From contig NZNM01000056.1 of assembly GCA_002694885.1 (NCBI GenBank), positions 6,462 through 70,461 of the forward strand: 64,000 nt of DNA. Reading direction: 5' to 3'. The first letter of the stretch is position 1, and every line of letters starts with the position of its first letter. Position numbers and translations under genes: made by a program. This document shows, in pieces, positions 19,764 to 28,279 of the stretch. The notes beneath the pieces were generated by a model, which saw nothing but the letters and a program-made list of their open reading frames with translations, did not search any database and had not been told where the DNA came from. The stretch comes from Opitutaceae bacterium. Lineage in GTDB: Bacteria; Verrucomicrobiota; Verrucomicrobiia; Opitutales; Opitutaceae.

Positions 19764-20783
19764 CTACTTTCTAGAATTTGGGAGGAATACGAAGCTGTTG
19801 ATGGCGGATCCTTCGAGTCCGGCTTTCTTCCATGTTTTTCCGAAGTCCGAAGATTCGTATAGCGCCTTTTGATACAGGCTGGCAAGCAAGGTGCCCGAGT
19901 CGGGGTCGACGCCTACTCGCCAAATACGATGGGGCTTGGGTAGTCCCTCGTTGCGAGGCTTCCAAGTGGCTCCCCCATCTTCCGAAGCGAGAACGCCGTA
20001 AGTGTAGCTGCCGATCGCTAGGCGACCAGGATTCGTGGGGTCGAAAGCGATGTTGTACAAAGCGGCTTCGGAGGGGACTTGATCGAAGGCGGTCCAGCTT
20101 CTTCCTCCGTTGCGAGAGATATAGGCTCCCGCGCTTTGGGTTACAGCTGCCCAAATGTCGGGATCGTGAGGCGATTGCTGAACATCGTTGACCGTTTCTT
20201 CCGTGACCAAAGTCTTTCGCCAGGACCTGGCGTCGTTTTGGCTCAAATAAATGCCCGATTCGCAACCGGCCAGGATATGGCCCTTTCGGGAGCGGTCCAC
20301 CTCGATGGTTTGCGTGTATTTTCCACGGTCGGGGAGACCACGCTCTCGTTTCGTCCAGGTCATTCCACGATCATCGGATACCGCTATACCTCCAGGGTGG
20401 GCCAAGTAGACGCGATCGGGATTGTGCGGATCTACGCAAACATCTTTAGGCTCGGTAATATCCCAACTGGTCGTGACGCGCCAGCTATCGCCGCCATTTA
20501 CTGTGCGAAGCGCTCCATTCAAGGCTGCCGTATAGAAAGTATTGTGATCGCGAGGATCAAACGAGACGGCGAATATGCTGGGGTCGTTGATTCCGACATG
20601 GGCCCACTGCCCATTGGCCTGGCGTAGGTGCAGCCCGCTGGTGGTAGTGATCTTCGATCCGATTACGTAGTTCCGGTTGACGGCGGCGCAAACATAGAGG
20701 TCGTAAGTACGATCTTGTCCGATAGCAATAAGGGGCAGAAAAGAGGCAAGCAGTGCAGCTAGAGGGATAAATTTGAGAGACAT
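19764..20783 (-). CDS. Secreted BNR/Asp-box repeat beta-propeller protein A
   Basis: Signal peptide; repeated SxDxGxTW boxes (TVNGGDSW, SDDRGMTW, SRNGGRSW, SEDGGATW, SSDFGKTW). Confidence 0.85.
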   Translation of the reverse strand: MSLKFIPLAALLASFLPLIAIGQDRTYDLYVCAAVNRNYVIGSKITTTSGLHLRQANGQWAHVGINDPSIFAVSFDPRDHNTFYTAALNGALRTVNGGDSWRVTTSWDITEPKDVCVDPHNPDRVYLAHPGGIAVSDDRGMTWTKRERGLPDRGKYTQTIEVDRSRKGHILAGCESGIYLSQNDARSWRKTLVTEETVNDVQQSPHDPDIWAAVTQSAGAYISRNGGRSWTAFDQVPSEAALYNIAFDPTNPGRLAIGSYTYGVLASEDGGATWKPRNEGLPKPHRIWRVGVDPDSGTLLASLYQKALYESSDFGKTWKKAGLEGSAINSFVFLPNSRK

Positions 20784-20984
20784 GGTAGCTAGTTCCTATC
20801 TTGCGGACCGTTTCGCTGGCGTAAAGCGAGTCCTCCATTTTACGATACACCAGGCAAATACCTTTGTCGCTTAGGATAGCGCGTTAGTCGTAATCGGGCC
20901 CAATCGGAGTGATCCTATCTGAAGATATCGCCGCGTTAGCGGTGGCATGAGGCTGTTTGCCACAATCCCCAAATCTATACATCA

Positions 20985-21974
20985 ATGAAATCGAACGCGG
21001 TGGTCTTCAAAGACCGAAATCATGTGGTTTACGAATCGGTTGAATGCCCGGATCCAGGGCCGGATCAGGTAGTGGTCAATGTAACGCACTCTTGGATCAG
21101 CAACGGTACGGAAGGTTCGTATTTGCGGGGCGAACGGATTGAAGGGGATACGCCTTGGCGTCCGGGGGATCCGCATCCTTTTCCCGTCATCGCGGGCTAC
21201 CAAAAGGTTGGCTTTGTGGATTGGGTAGGATCCGAAGTGGATGGGTTGTCGAAAGGCGATTCGGTCTTTGTGTCAGTCAGCGCGGTAACCGATATGTTTG
21301 AGCCCCGCGGCGGCCATATTTCCCCGTCGGTATCGGGAGCGGGGGCCGTAATCAAATTGCCGCCGGGTTTAGACCCGGTTGCCTATTCGGGCCTAGTCCT
21401 TACTCAGGTGGGTTTCAATTGCGGTGATCGGCCGCGGTTGGAGCCTGGGGATCTCGCGGTAGTTGTTGGTGATGGTCTTGTCGGACAGTGGGCTGCCCAG
21501 ATGCTGGCCTCCCGAGACGCGAAAACGCTGCTCATCGGTAGACATGCGGATCGTTTGGCCAAATTTAAAAGCGGAGAGACGCTCCTCGAAGACGAGGGAG
21601 CCTGGGTAGATTTGGTTCGAGAGCGGTTCCCCGAAGGCGCTCAAGTTGGAGTAGACACCGTAGGATCCCTCAAAGTTATGGGGCAGCTAGAAAGCATGAT
21701 GAAGCGTTTTGGCCACCTGGTTTCCGCCGGCTTTTATGGTCCGGAGGATCGACTGCCATTGCAGCCGCCGCGCTATAAGGAGCTTTCGATCGACTTGGTT
21801 TCCGGTGCCACGCGAGAACGTCTGGAGAAAACCATGGATCTGGTTGCTCAGGAAAAACTGGATACGCTTTCGCTGATTACCCATCGATTTCCAGTGGAAC
21901 AGGCTGCTCAAGCATGGGATCTAATCGAGTCGAAACGGGAACCAGTGTTAGGGGTCGTACTAGAGTGGGTGTAA
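20985..21974 (+). CDS. MDR-family (zinc-binding) dehydrogenase, atypical SxGTE type
   Basis: GroES-like N-domain with ISNGTE and AGYQKVG; Rossmann VGDGLVG; LITHRFPVEQAAQAW. Confidence 0.85.
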   Translation: MKSNAVVFKDRNHVVYESVECPDPGPDQVVVNVTHSWISNGTEGSYLRGERIEGDTPWRPGDPHPFPVIAGYQKVGFVDWVGSEVDGLSKGDSVFVSVSAVTDMFEPRGGHISPSVSGAGAVIKLPPGLDPVAYSGLVLTQVGFNCGDRPRLEPGDLAVVVGDGLVGQWAAQMLASRDAKTLLIGRHADRLAKFKSGETLLEDEGAWVDLVRERFPEGAQVGVDTVGSLKVMGQLESMMKRFGHLVSAGFYGPEDRLPLQPPRYKELSIDLVSGATRERLEKTMDLVAQEKLDTLSLITHRFPVEQAAQAWDLIESKREPVLGVVLEWV

Positions 21975-21976
21975 GG

Positions 21977-22942
21977 ATGAAAGCGATACAGTACATAGAA
22001 AAAGGGCGTCCGGAAATCGTCGAGCTCCCCATTCCGCAGCCGGGAGAAGGCCAAGTTTTGGTTAAGATTTCCGGCGTGGCGACTTGTCCTCAATGGGATA
22101 TGCATATCATGGATGGCGTTCCCATGGCTCCCGGAGGCAAGTTGGAATATCCTTACACTCCCGGTCAGCCGGGACATGAGGCTACGGGCAAAGTGGCAGA
22201 GCTTGGTCCAGGAGTAACGGAGTTCGCAGCTGGTGATCGGGTTGCCTTTTGGCAAGACCAGGCTGGGGCTAAGCAGGGATGCTATGCCGAGTACGTCTTG
22301 GCTGATGTGGGCAACCTGCTTCAGGTACCCGGTTTTCTAGAACCTCAGGAGATTGCCTCCCTAGAACTGGCTATGTGCGTGCAGGTTTCGTTCGACCAGA
22401 TTCAGAACGTCGCTCCCATTAAAGACAAACGATTCGCGGTCGGTGGTTTGGGGCCTGCGGGCTTGGTGGCCATTCAACTTGCCAAAGCCCATGGGGCCGC
22501 CGAAGTGATCGCTTTCGACCCGGTAGAAAGCCGTCGTCAGTTGGGGGCTGAGCTAGGAGCGGATCGAGCCCTAGACCCGACCGACGAGGAGGCCTTTCCC
22601 CACGACCGCTTCAGTTCGGAGGCCATCGATCTCGCCATTGATTGCGTGGGCTTTCCTGCTTCCATCGAGTATTTGATGGGCAAGACGAAGGACATGGTCG
22701 CTCTTTTTGGCGTGTTGCGGGAAGACGTTCGCTTTGGCTTCAAGCATTGGTGTCGGGGCTTGCACTTGGTTGGGTATGGAACTCACAATCGAGGCGCTGC
22801 GGAGACCGCTTTAGATCTAATCGTTTCTGGCAAACTGAAATTGAAGCCACTAATCTCTAGAACCTTGCCCCTCGAATCCTATTCCGAAGGAGTCGCCTTG
22901 TTGCAAAAGCGGGAGGCGATAAAGGTGTGTTATATACCTTAA
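21977..22942 (+). CDS. Zinc-dependent alcohol/sugar dehydrogenase (MDR)
   Basis: ATCPQWD, PGHEATG, VGGLGPAG; start MKAIQY directly after the upstream stop. Confidence 0.9.
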   Translation: MKAIQYIEKGRPEIVELPIPQPGEGQVLVKISGVATCPQWDMHIMDGVPMAPGGKLEYPYTPGQPGHEATGKVAELGPGVTEFAAGDRVAFWQDQAGAKQGCYAEYVLADVGNLLQVPGFLEPQEIASLELAMCVQVSFDQIQNVAPIKDKRFAVGGLGPAGLVAIQLAKAHGAAEVIAFDPVESRRQLGAELGADRALDPTDEEAFPHDRFSSEAIDLAIDCVGFPASIEYLMGKTKDMVALFGVLREDVRFGFKHWCRGLHLVGYGTHNRGAAETALDLIVSGKLKLKPLISRTLPLESYSEGVALLQKREAIKVCYIP

Positions 22943-23037
22943 GCAGAACACCCTTGTGTTTTACCTTACACCGCAAAAATATTTGTAGTCTCGCCATTGC
23001 CTTCCCAGGAATCGCTATTGCTGCCTCCAAGCCGTTT

Positions 23038-24966
23038 ATGATCTCCCCATACCGCCTATTGCATTTTACGCGTTGCCTGGCTGTCGCGGCGATACTCGTC
23101 GGTAGCTCTGTCAACGGAGACGATAGCCCGCCGGTTGCCGAAATCAGCGAAGCCGATCTGGTCCACCAATATAGGGAGCGCTGCGACTACGTCATTGATC
23201 AAACGGTTGCCAACACCGATCCGAATGACCTGACACGGGGAAGCAATTTCACGATTGCGGCCAATCTCTTTCGTGGAGCAAACCTGGATTGGGCCAGGGA
23301 GCGGCTTCGCCTTTCCAACGACCCTCCAACAGGGGCCATGTTCTGGATGCATCCCATGGCCTTGCTGATGCATGTCGGGCGGGAAGAGCTCAACGAGGAC
23401 GACTGGGCTTTCATTCGCGAGCTTTGGCGAACCTACTTTCCGTATCGAGGGGACACGGAAAACCATTGGGTGATGTATTATGTGAGCCTGTATTTGGTGG
23501 CGGAAATGTTTCCCGATGCCGGTCCTGAAGCTTGGTACAACGGAAAATCCTCTGTGGAGATCATGGCGGATGCCAAGGAGTTCATTCTCGACTGGATGCG
23601 GATCACCACCTCCTACGGGCAAGGAGAGTATGATTCTCCCAACTACATAGAAGAGTACACCCGACCCATGGCATTGCTGGTAGGTTGGGCTCGCGATCCC
23701 GAATTGCAGCAGATGGGCAAGATGATGATGGACTACATCCTGCTCGATTATGCGGTCGAAAATCTGGGCGGCCTCTACGGTGGGGCCCACAGTCGGCTCT
23801 ATCCTCGATACTTGCTTCAACCGGGAATGGCTCACTCGGCTGCCCATGCTTGGCTGCTTTGGGGGCAAGGCGAGTTCAGCTCCAATGGGGGAACACTGAT
23901 GATAGCGATGAGTGGATACACGCCGCCTTCGATTCTGTTTAGGATCGCGTCGGATCGGGACAAGGCCTATGTCCACAAGGAGCTTAAGCGAACTCGTTGG
24001 CGGTTTAGGCACGCCGGGCCTAATGCATTCGAAGTGGATGGGAAGAGCACGATCCCCGTTTACAAGTATAGTTACGTACACCCGGACTTCATTCTCGGCT
24101 CATCTCAAGGAGGCCTGTTACAGCCTATTCAACAGCAAACATGGAGTTTGGTTTGGCGGGAGGAGAATTTGGAGGGCAAATCCAACACGATGTTTGGCCT
24201 ACAGCCCTATTCGTCTCCCATCGAAGGCACTATGTTTTTCAATTCCGATTGGGATACAGTCACCGATCTGATTGCCAGATCCAAAGTCGACTATGATTCG
24301 CCCGACAAGCTCGAAGGCGGTTCACCTTACGAGCAGGTTTTCCAGCACGAAGCGACCTTGATAGCCCTTTACAATATTCCTGAAGGTACGCGTTTTCCTC
24401 TTATCAGTACGCTGTTTTCCAGAGATGTGAATCGTCGGGTCGAAGACGAATCGGGATGGATTTTCGGACAAGGTGGTCCCGTCTACATCGCCTACCGGCC
24501 TTTTGCCCCAGGGGAGTGGAAACCAGTTGATTGGACAGGGCTGCTAAAAGGCGGAGCTGGGGCTTGGTTTAGCACAGGCTTCAAAGAATTATCCGAAGGA
24601 AGCGAGTGCCTGGTTAGCTACTCCTTGAAAAATGGATACATAGTAGAGATCGCCCCGGTAAGCGCATACGAAACCTACCGGGATTTCCAGGAAGCAGTAA
24701 GAGCTCTCCCAGTCGAGGTGCGTCTCGAGCCTACCCCTCGAGTCCGCTACACCAATCTGGATGGCGTTAAACTGGAGGCTGAGTACGGAAGGACACCTTC
24801 AGTCGATGGAGAGAATGTGGACTATTCCAGCTGGAAACTTTTCGATGGTCCCTTCGCCCAAGCGGAACGGGAAAGCCAGTCCTTGGAAATGATATACGGA
24901 TCCGAGCGCTATGTCTTGGACTTCAAGAATCGGAGCGCGGAAACATCCGTGGTAGAAAGCGAATGA
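23038..24966 (+). CDS. Secreted hypothetical protein, paralog B (RGDTENH family; possibly alpha/alpha-toroid lyase-like)
   Basis: Signal peptide; YRGDTENH, WYNGKSS, GQGEYDSPNY, GGAHSRLY, SPYEQVFQHE. Confidence 0.72.
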   Translation: MISPYRLLHFTRCLAVAAILVGSSVNGDDSPPVAEISEADLVHQYRERCDYVIDQTVANTDPNDLTRGSNFTIAANLFRGANLDWARERLRLSNDPPTGAMFWMHPMALLMHVGREELNEDDWAFIRELWRTYFPYRGDTENHWVMYYVSLYLVAEMFPDAGPEAWYNGKSSVEIMADAKEFILDWMRITTSYGQGEYDSPNYIEEYTRPMALLVGWARDPELQQMGKMMMDYILLDYAVENLGGLYGGAHSRLYPRYLLQPGMAHSAAHAWLLWGQGEFSSNGGTLMIAMSGYTPPSILFRIASDRDKAYVHKELKRTRWRFRHAGPNAFEVDGKSTIPVYKYSYVHPDFILGSSQGGLLQPIQQQTWSLVWREENLEGKSNTMFGLQPYSSPIEGTMFFNSDWDTVTDLIARSKVDYDSPDKLEGGSPYEQVFQHEATLIALYNIPEGTRFPLISTLFSRDVNRRVEDESGWIFGQGGPVYIAYRPFAPGEWKPVDWTGLLKGGAGAWFSTGFKELSEGSECLVSYSLKNGYIVEIAPVSAYETYRDFQEAVRALPVEVRLEPTPRVRYTNLDGVKLEAEYGRTPSVDGENVDYSSWKLFDGPFAQAERESQSLEMIYGSERYVLDFKNRSAETSVVESE

Positions 24967-25976
24967 AGCGGACGACTATAGCATATTTCATCTTCGTACT
25001 CGTTATGGGCTTCTCGCCGCTTGAGGCTGAGGAAGAGAGTACTCTATTTATCGCTTTCGCTATGACCAAGGCCCAAGAGGCTAGCTCGATTCCCACCGAC
25101 TCGGGTATCTATCTGCGAAGTGAAAAGGACAATTCTTGGCATCGCATTGGCCCAGTCATTCAGTCGATGAACAGCCTGGCTGTGGATCCCTCTGCTCCCG
25201 CAACTATATTCATGGCCTGCGGCAATGGGATCGTTAGATCAAAAGATGGCGGAGAGACCTGGCGAATGGTTACGGGATGGCGGGAAAGTGATTTTCTCAA
25301 GATCGCCATCGATCCAGAAAATGGGGACAATATATACGGAACTTCCGTTTGGGGCTTTCACCTGAGCCGTGACGGCGGCGAATCCTGGACCTCGGCCAAC
25401 AAGGGGCTGAACGAAAAATATTGTCGGACAATCATCGTCGATCATCGCAATCAGAGACGTCTCGTGCTCGGGACGGGAGACGGTATCTATGAGAGCCGAA
25501 ACGGTGGTGAATCCTGGACTCGTGTCCGCAGCTCGCCCGAATCGGCGATTCTGAGGATGGACCGAAGCTTGAATAATCCCGATCTTTGGATTGCCGGATC
25601 CGAAGGAGAAGGTGTGTATTTGTCTGCCAATGACGGAAAATCCTGGCGCCCCGTTGCCGAAACCTTGAGCGAGGCCAATGTTTACGGCGTTTCGCTCCAT
25701 CCTGAAAACGAGAATCGTATGGCGGCGGGAGGATGGAGCGAGGGGCTTTGGGTGTCAAATGATGGTGGGGATTCCTGGGAGGACCGAAGTTCAGGACTGC
25801 CTTCCCAAAACGTTACAGCCGTTGTATTCGATGAGAATCATCCCGATAGGCTATGGGTTTCGACTTTTGAAGAAGGCACCTATTACACGGATGACGACGG
25901 CAAGACCTGGAAAGATGGCGATTTGTATGGAGCCTATGTGTTCGATTTGGACTTTGTTACCAGCGCCAAAGAATGA
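24963..25976 (+). CDS. Secreted BNR/Asp-box repeat beta-propeller protein B
   Basis: Signal peptide; SKDGGETW, SRDGGESW, SRNGGESW, SANDGKSW, SNDGGDSW, TDDDGKTW; ATGA overlap with paralog B. Confidence 0.85.
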   Translation: MKRTTIAYFIFVLVMGFSPLEAEEESTLFIAFAMTKAQEASSIPTDSGIYLRSEKDNSWHRIGPVIQSMNSLAVDPSAPATIFMACGNGIVRSKDGGETWRMVTGWRESDFLKIAIDPENGDNIYGTSVWGFHLSRDGGESWTSANKGLNEKYCRTIIVDHRNQRRLVLGTGDGIYESRNGGESWTRVRSSPESAILRMDRSLNNPDLWIAGSEGEGVYLSANDGKSWRPVAETLSEANVYGVSLHPENENRMAAGGWSEGLWVSNDGGDSWEDRSSGLPSQNVTAVVFDENHPDRLWVSTFEEGTYYTDDDGKTWKDGDLYGAYVFDLDFVTSAKE

Positions 25977-25980
25977 TGCC

Positions 25981-26850
25981 ATGCCGTATTTCCGATCGGC
26001 TATTTGTCTGAGCTTTCAGGTTCTCCTGATATCCGCTTTATGTCTGGCGCTTTTAGGATGTATGGAAAATAGCGTTATAGATACTTTGCCTAGCGATAAC
26101 CAACGCGAAAATGTGAACGCCCTTTTGCTCAGCGCGACTACGAATCCGGGGCAAAAGTCTCTCGAACACGCGAAAGCCGATATCACGAAAACCTTTGGGT
26201 CAGTGAATCGCATATTGCTAATAAATTACGCCAGTCTCCCGAATAGGCGCGACGCCTATGCGAAACGAATGAAGCGAGAATTCGCTCAGATCGGCCCAGG
26301 CTACACAGTGAAATCCCTCCATGCCATCCCCGCTGACCAGCGTTTAGCTGCGGTCCGAGATACGGAAGGATTCTACGTTAGCGGAGGGAACACCTTCTTG
26401 CTTTTAAGGGAGCTCTACGGTGGCGATTTGCTTGTGGCAATCCGAGAGCGGGTCTTGCAAGGCGCCCCTTATGTGGGTTCCAGTGCGGGGTCGAACATCG
26501 CGGGCCAATTCATCGGCACCACCAACGATTTTCCCATAACCGACATCCCAACCCGCAGAGCTCTGGGATTGATGGCTGCCAATTTCAATCCGCATCACCC
26601 CGATCAAATAGCGGAGGAAGTCGAATTTGGTTTCCGCCAATACAAGATCGGGGAATATGTGGCCCATAACCAAGACGAAGTGGTGATTGGCGTGACCAAT
26701 CCAGGGATGCTGCGAATCCAGGGCAATATGCTCTCCCTTAGAGGAGAGGGCGGTACTGCCTATATCAGCTACCGAGGGGAAAAACAGACGGTGTCTTCGC
26801 TGGCGGACGGGGATATCTCCCGTGCCGTCGAATCATTGCGAAGCAGGTAG
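25981..26850 (+). CDS. pepE: Dipeptidase E (peptidase S51) with a lipoprotein signal
   Basis: VSGGNTFLLL, GSSAGSNI (nucleophile Ser), FNPHH; lipobox LALLGC. Confidence 0.85.
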   Translation: MPYFRSAICLSFQVLLISALCLALLGCMENSVIDTLPSDNQRENVNALLLSATTNPGQKSLEHAKADITKTFGSVNRILLINYASLPNRRDAYAKRMKREFAQIGPGYTVKSLHAIPADQRLAAVRDTEGFYVSGGNTFLLLRELYGGDLLVAIRERVLQGAPYVGSSAGSNIAGQFIGTTNDFPITDIPTRRALGLMAANFNPHHPDQIAEEVEFGFRQYKIGEYVAHNQDEVVIGVTNPGMLRIQGNMLSLRGEGGTAYISYRGEKQTVSSLADGDISRAVESLRSR

Positions 26851-26902
26851 TCCCCTTCGTTAAAAATACGTCATCGGCCTCAAAAAGGTTTGACCTGCTT
26901 TT

Positions 26903-26921
26903 GCAAACGAGTCTCAATTTT
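26903..26921. promoter_or_regulatory. Weak Fur-box-like site upstream of the iron-islet AraC gene
   Basis: GCAAACGAGTCTCAATTTT matches the E. coli consensus GATAATGATAATCATTATC at 11/19 by hand; context is an iron-uptake locus. Confidence 0.3.
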
Positions 26922-26951
26922 GACGTTATTGAGATTCATTATCTTTAAGCA

Positions 26952-27878
26952 ATGGTTCCTTGTCCCTTCCAACAACCTGTTGAATCGATTGCCCAATTCG
27001 GTGGTATCAATGCTCGGCGTCGTCAATTCACACAGCGTCAGGGATTGTCGTTTGGTGCCTACCGGATCCCGGAAGCGTCGAACTGCTTCTCGTGGCCATT
27101 CGAATCGTTCTTGCAAATCGTATTCGTGACCAAGGGCCGCGTATCGGTAGGCCTGCCTGATGAGGGATCAACCTCTGCTATTCAAGGGGAATGGTTTGTT
27201 ATTTCCCTTGGAGCATGGGCTGGAACAACATCGTTTGAGTGCGAATCTCAGATTGGGGTAATTGAATGCTCGAAAGAGGTCTGGCAAGGTTTGGTTAACG
27301 AGGAAGATACTCTCCTCCACGCGAGAAAAGCTTGTTATAGCTGTTCACAGCGCGAAGAAGCGATTCTGACAAAAGGAATCCAAGATGCCCGTATGCGAAA
27401 ACTTTCAGAAGGTTTGCTTAACAATATAGGTGCTTCACCCAGCGATCGACTCTTAGTCGAATCTATGACCCTCGAATTTTTGGCACGGGTTTGTGACTCA
27501 AAATTCATTTCGGGATCTTCAAAGTCAGAACCATGCTACAGAAGCAGGGATGAAGAAGCCCTTGCAGCAGCCGCTAGTTACTTGGAAGGAAATCTCGATG
27601 AGAATCATTCCCTTGCCGGCTTAAGTCGGAAGTTTGCCTTGAACGAATTCAAGTTAAAACGCGGTTTCCGAGAACGGTTTGGTATAACTGTTTTCGGTTA
27701 CCTGAGACAGTGCCGCATGGATCGGGCTCGTCAGTTGTTACTCAGCCGCAGGTATACGGTTCTAGAAGTCGCGAATGCAGTCGGTTATGCGAACCCTAGC
27801 CATTTTGCCAGGGCTTTTCGGGGATGTTTTGGACTAAACCCTAAGGCTTTTTTAGCAGGTTCGGCTCGACAATCCTAA
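26952..27878 (+). CDS. AraC family regulator, PchR/YbtA-like (siderophore-uptake type)
   Basis: LSRKFALNEFKLKRGFRERFGITVFGYLRQCRMDRARQLL, EVANAVGYANPSHFARAF; adjacent to a TonB receptor. Confidence 0.92.
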   Translation: MVPCPFQQPVESIAQFGGINARRRQFTQRQGLSFGAYRIPEASNCFSWPFESFLQIVFVTKGRVSVGLPDEGSTSAIQGEWFVISLGAWAGTTSFECESQIGVIECSKEVWQGLVNEEDTLLHARKACYSCSQREEAILTKGIQDARMRKLSEGLLNNIGASPSDRLLVESMTLEFLARVCDSKFISGSSKSEPCYRSRDEEALAAAASYLEGNLDENHSLAGLSRKFALNEFKLKRGFRERFGITVFGYLRQCRMDRARQLLLSRRYTVLEVANAVGYANPSHFARAFRGCFGLNPKAFLAGSARQS

Positions 27879-28279
27879 TTGCAAAAAGCCTGTGCGTTAT
27901 GAGGCGATCGAAAATACGCGATTTTTATGAAATGCTGCGAAAATTAAAAGGTTCCTTAGACCTATTTGCAATAAGTGTGGTCACGTAGCCAGTGAAACTT
28001 CGATTCTTTGCAAAACTAAAAATATGACCCGTGGGTGAGCCACTAAAAGAAGAAGAGATTTACCTCGGATCGTGATTTCCAGTGAAAGGTATTTTGTGTG
28101 TAGTTAGGATTGGGAATTGTGGCAGAAAGATCTGAATTGAAGCGCATATGCTCCAGCGTGGAGCAGTTTTTCTCCCGATCGGAGTAGAATAAAAGATTAC
28201 AAATGGGTATAGTAATGCCTTAGACAAAGTTCGGTTTGGAACCAGGATTTTGTCAAAATTACTCAAACTAATACTCAAA

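Noticed and set aside
19754-19885. N-terminal extension of the 681-aa ORF
   Set aside because: Overlaps the 3' end of the BNR gene.
23056-24081. 341-aa minus-strand ORF
   Set aside because: Antisense shadow of paralog B; no motifs and atypical composition.
25678-25980. N-terminal extension of pepE
   Set aside because: Overlaps propeller B; the lipoprotein signal starts at 25981.
27900-28250. Possible cobalamin riboswitch ahead of the TonB receptor
   Set aside because: Only isolated fragments (GCCACT, GGGAA); no B12-box or core helices. An Rfam scan would settle it.
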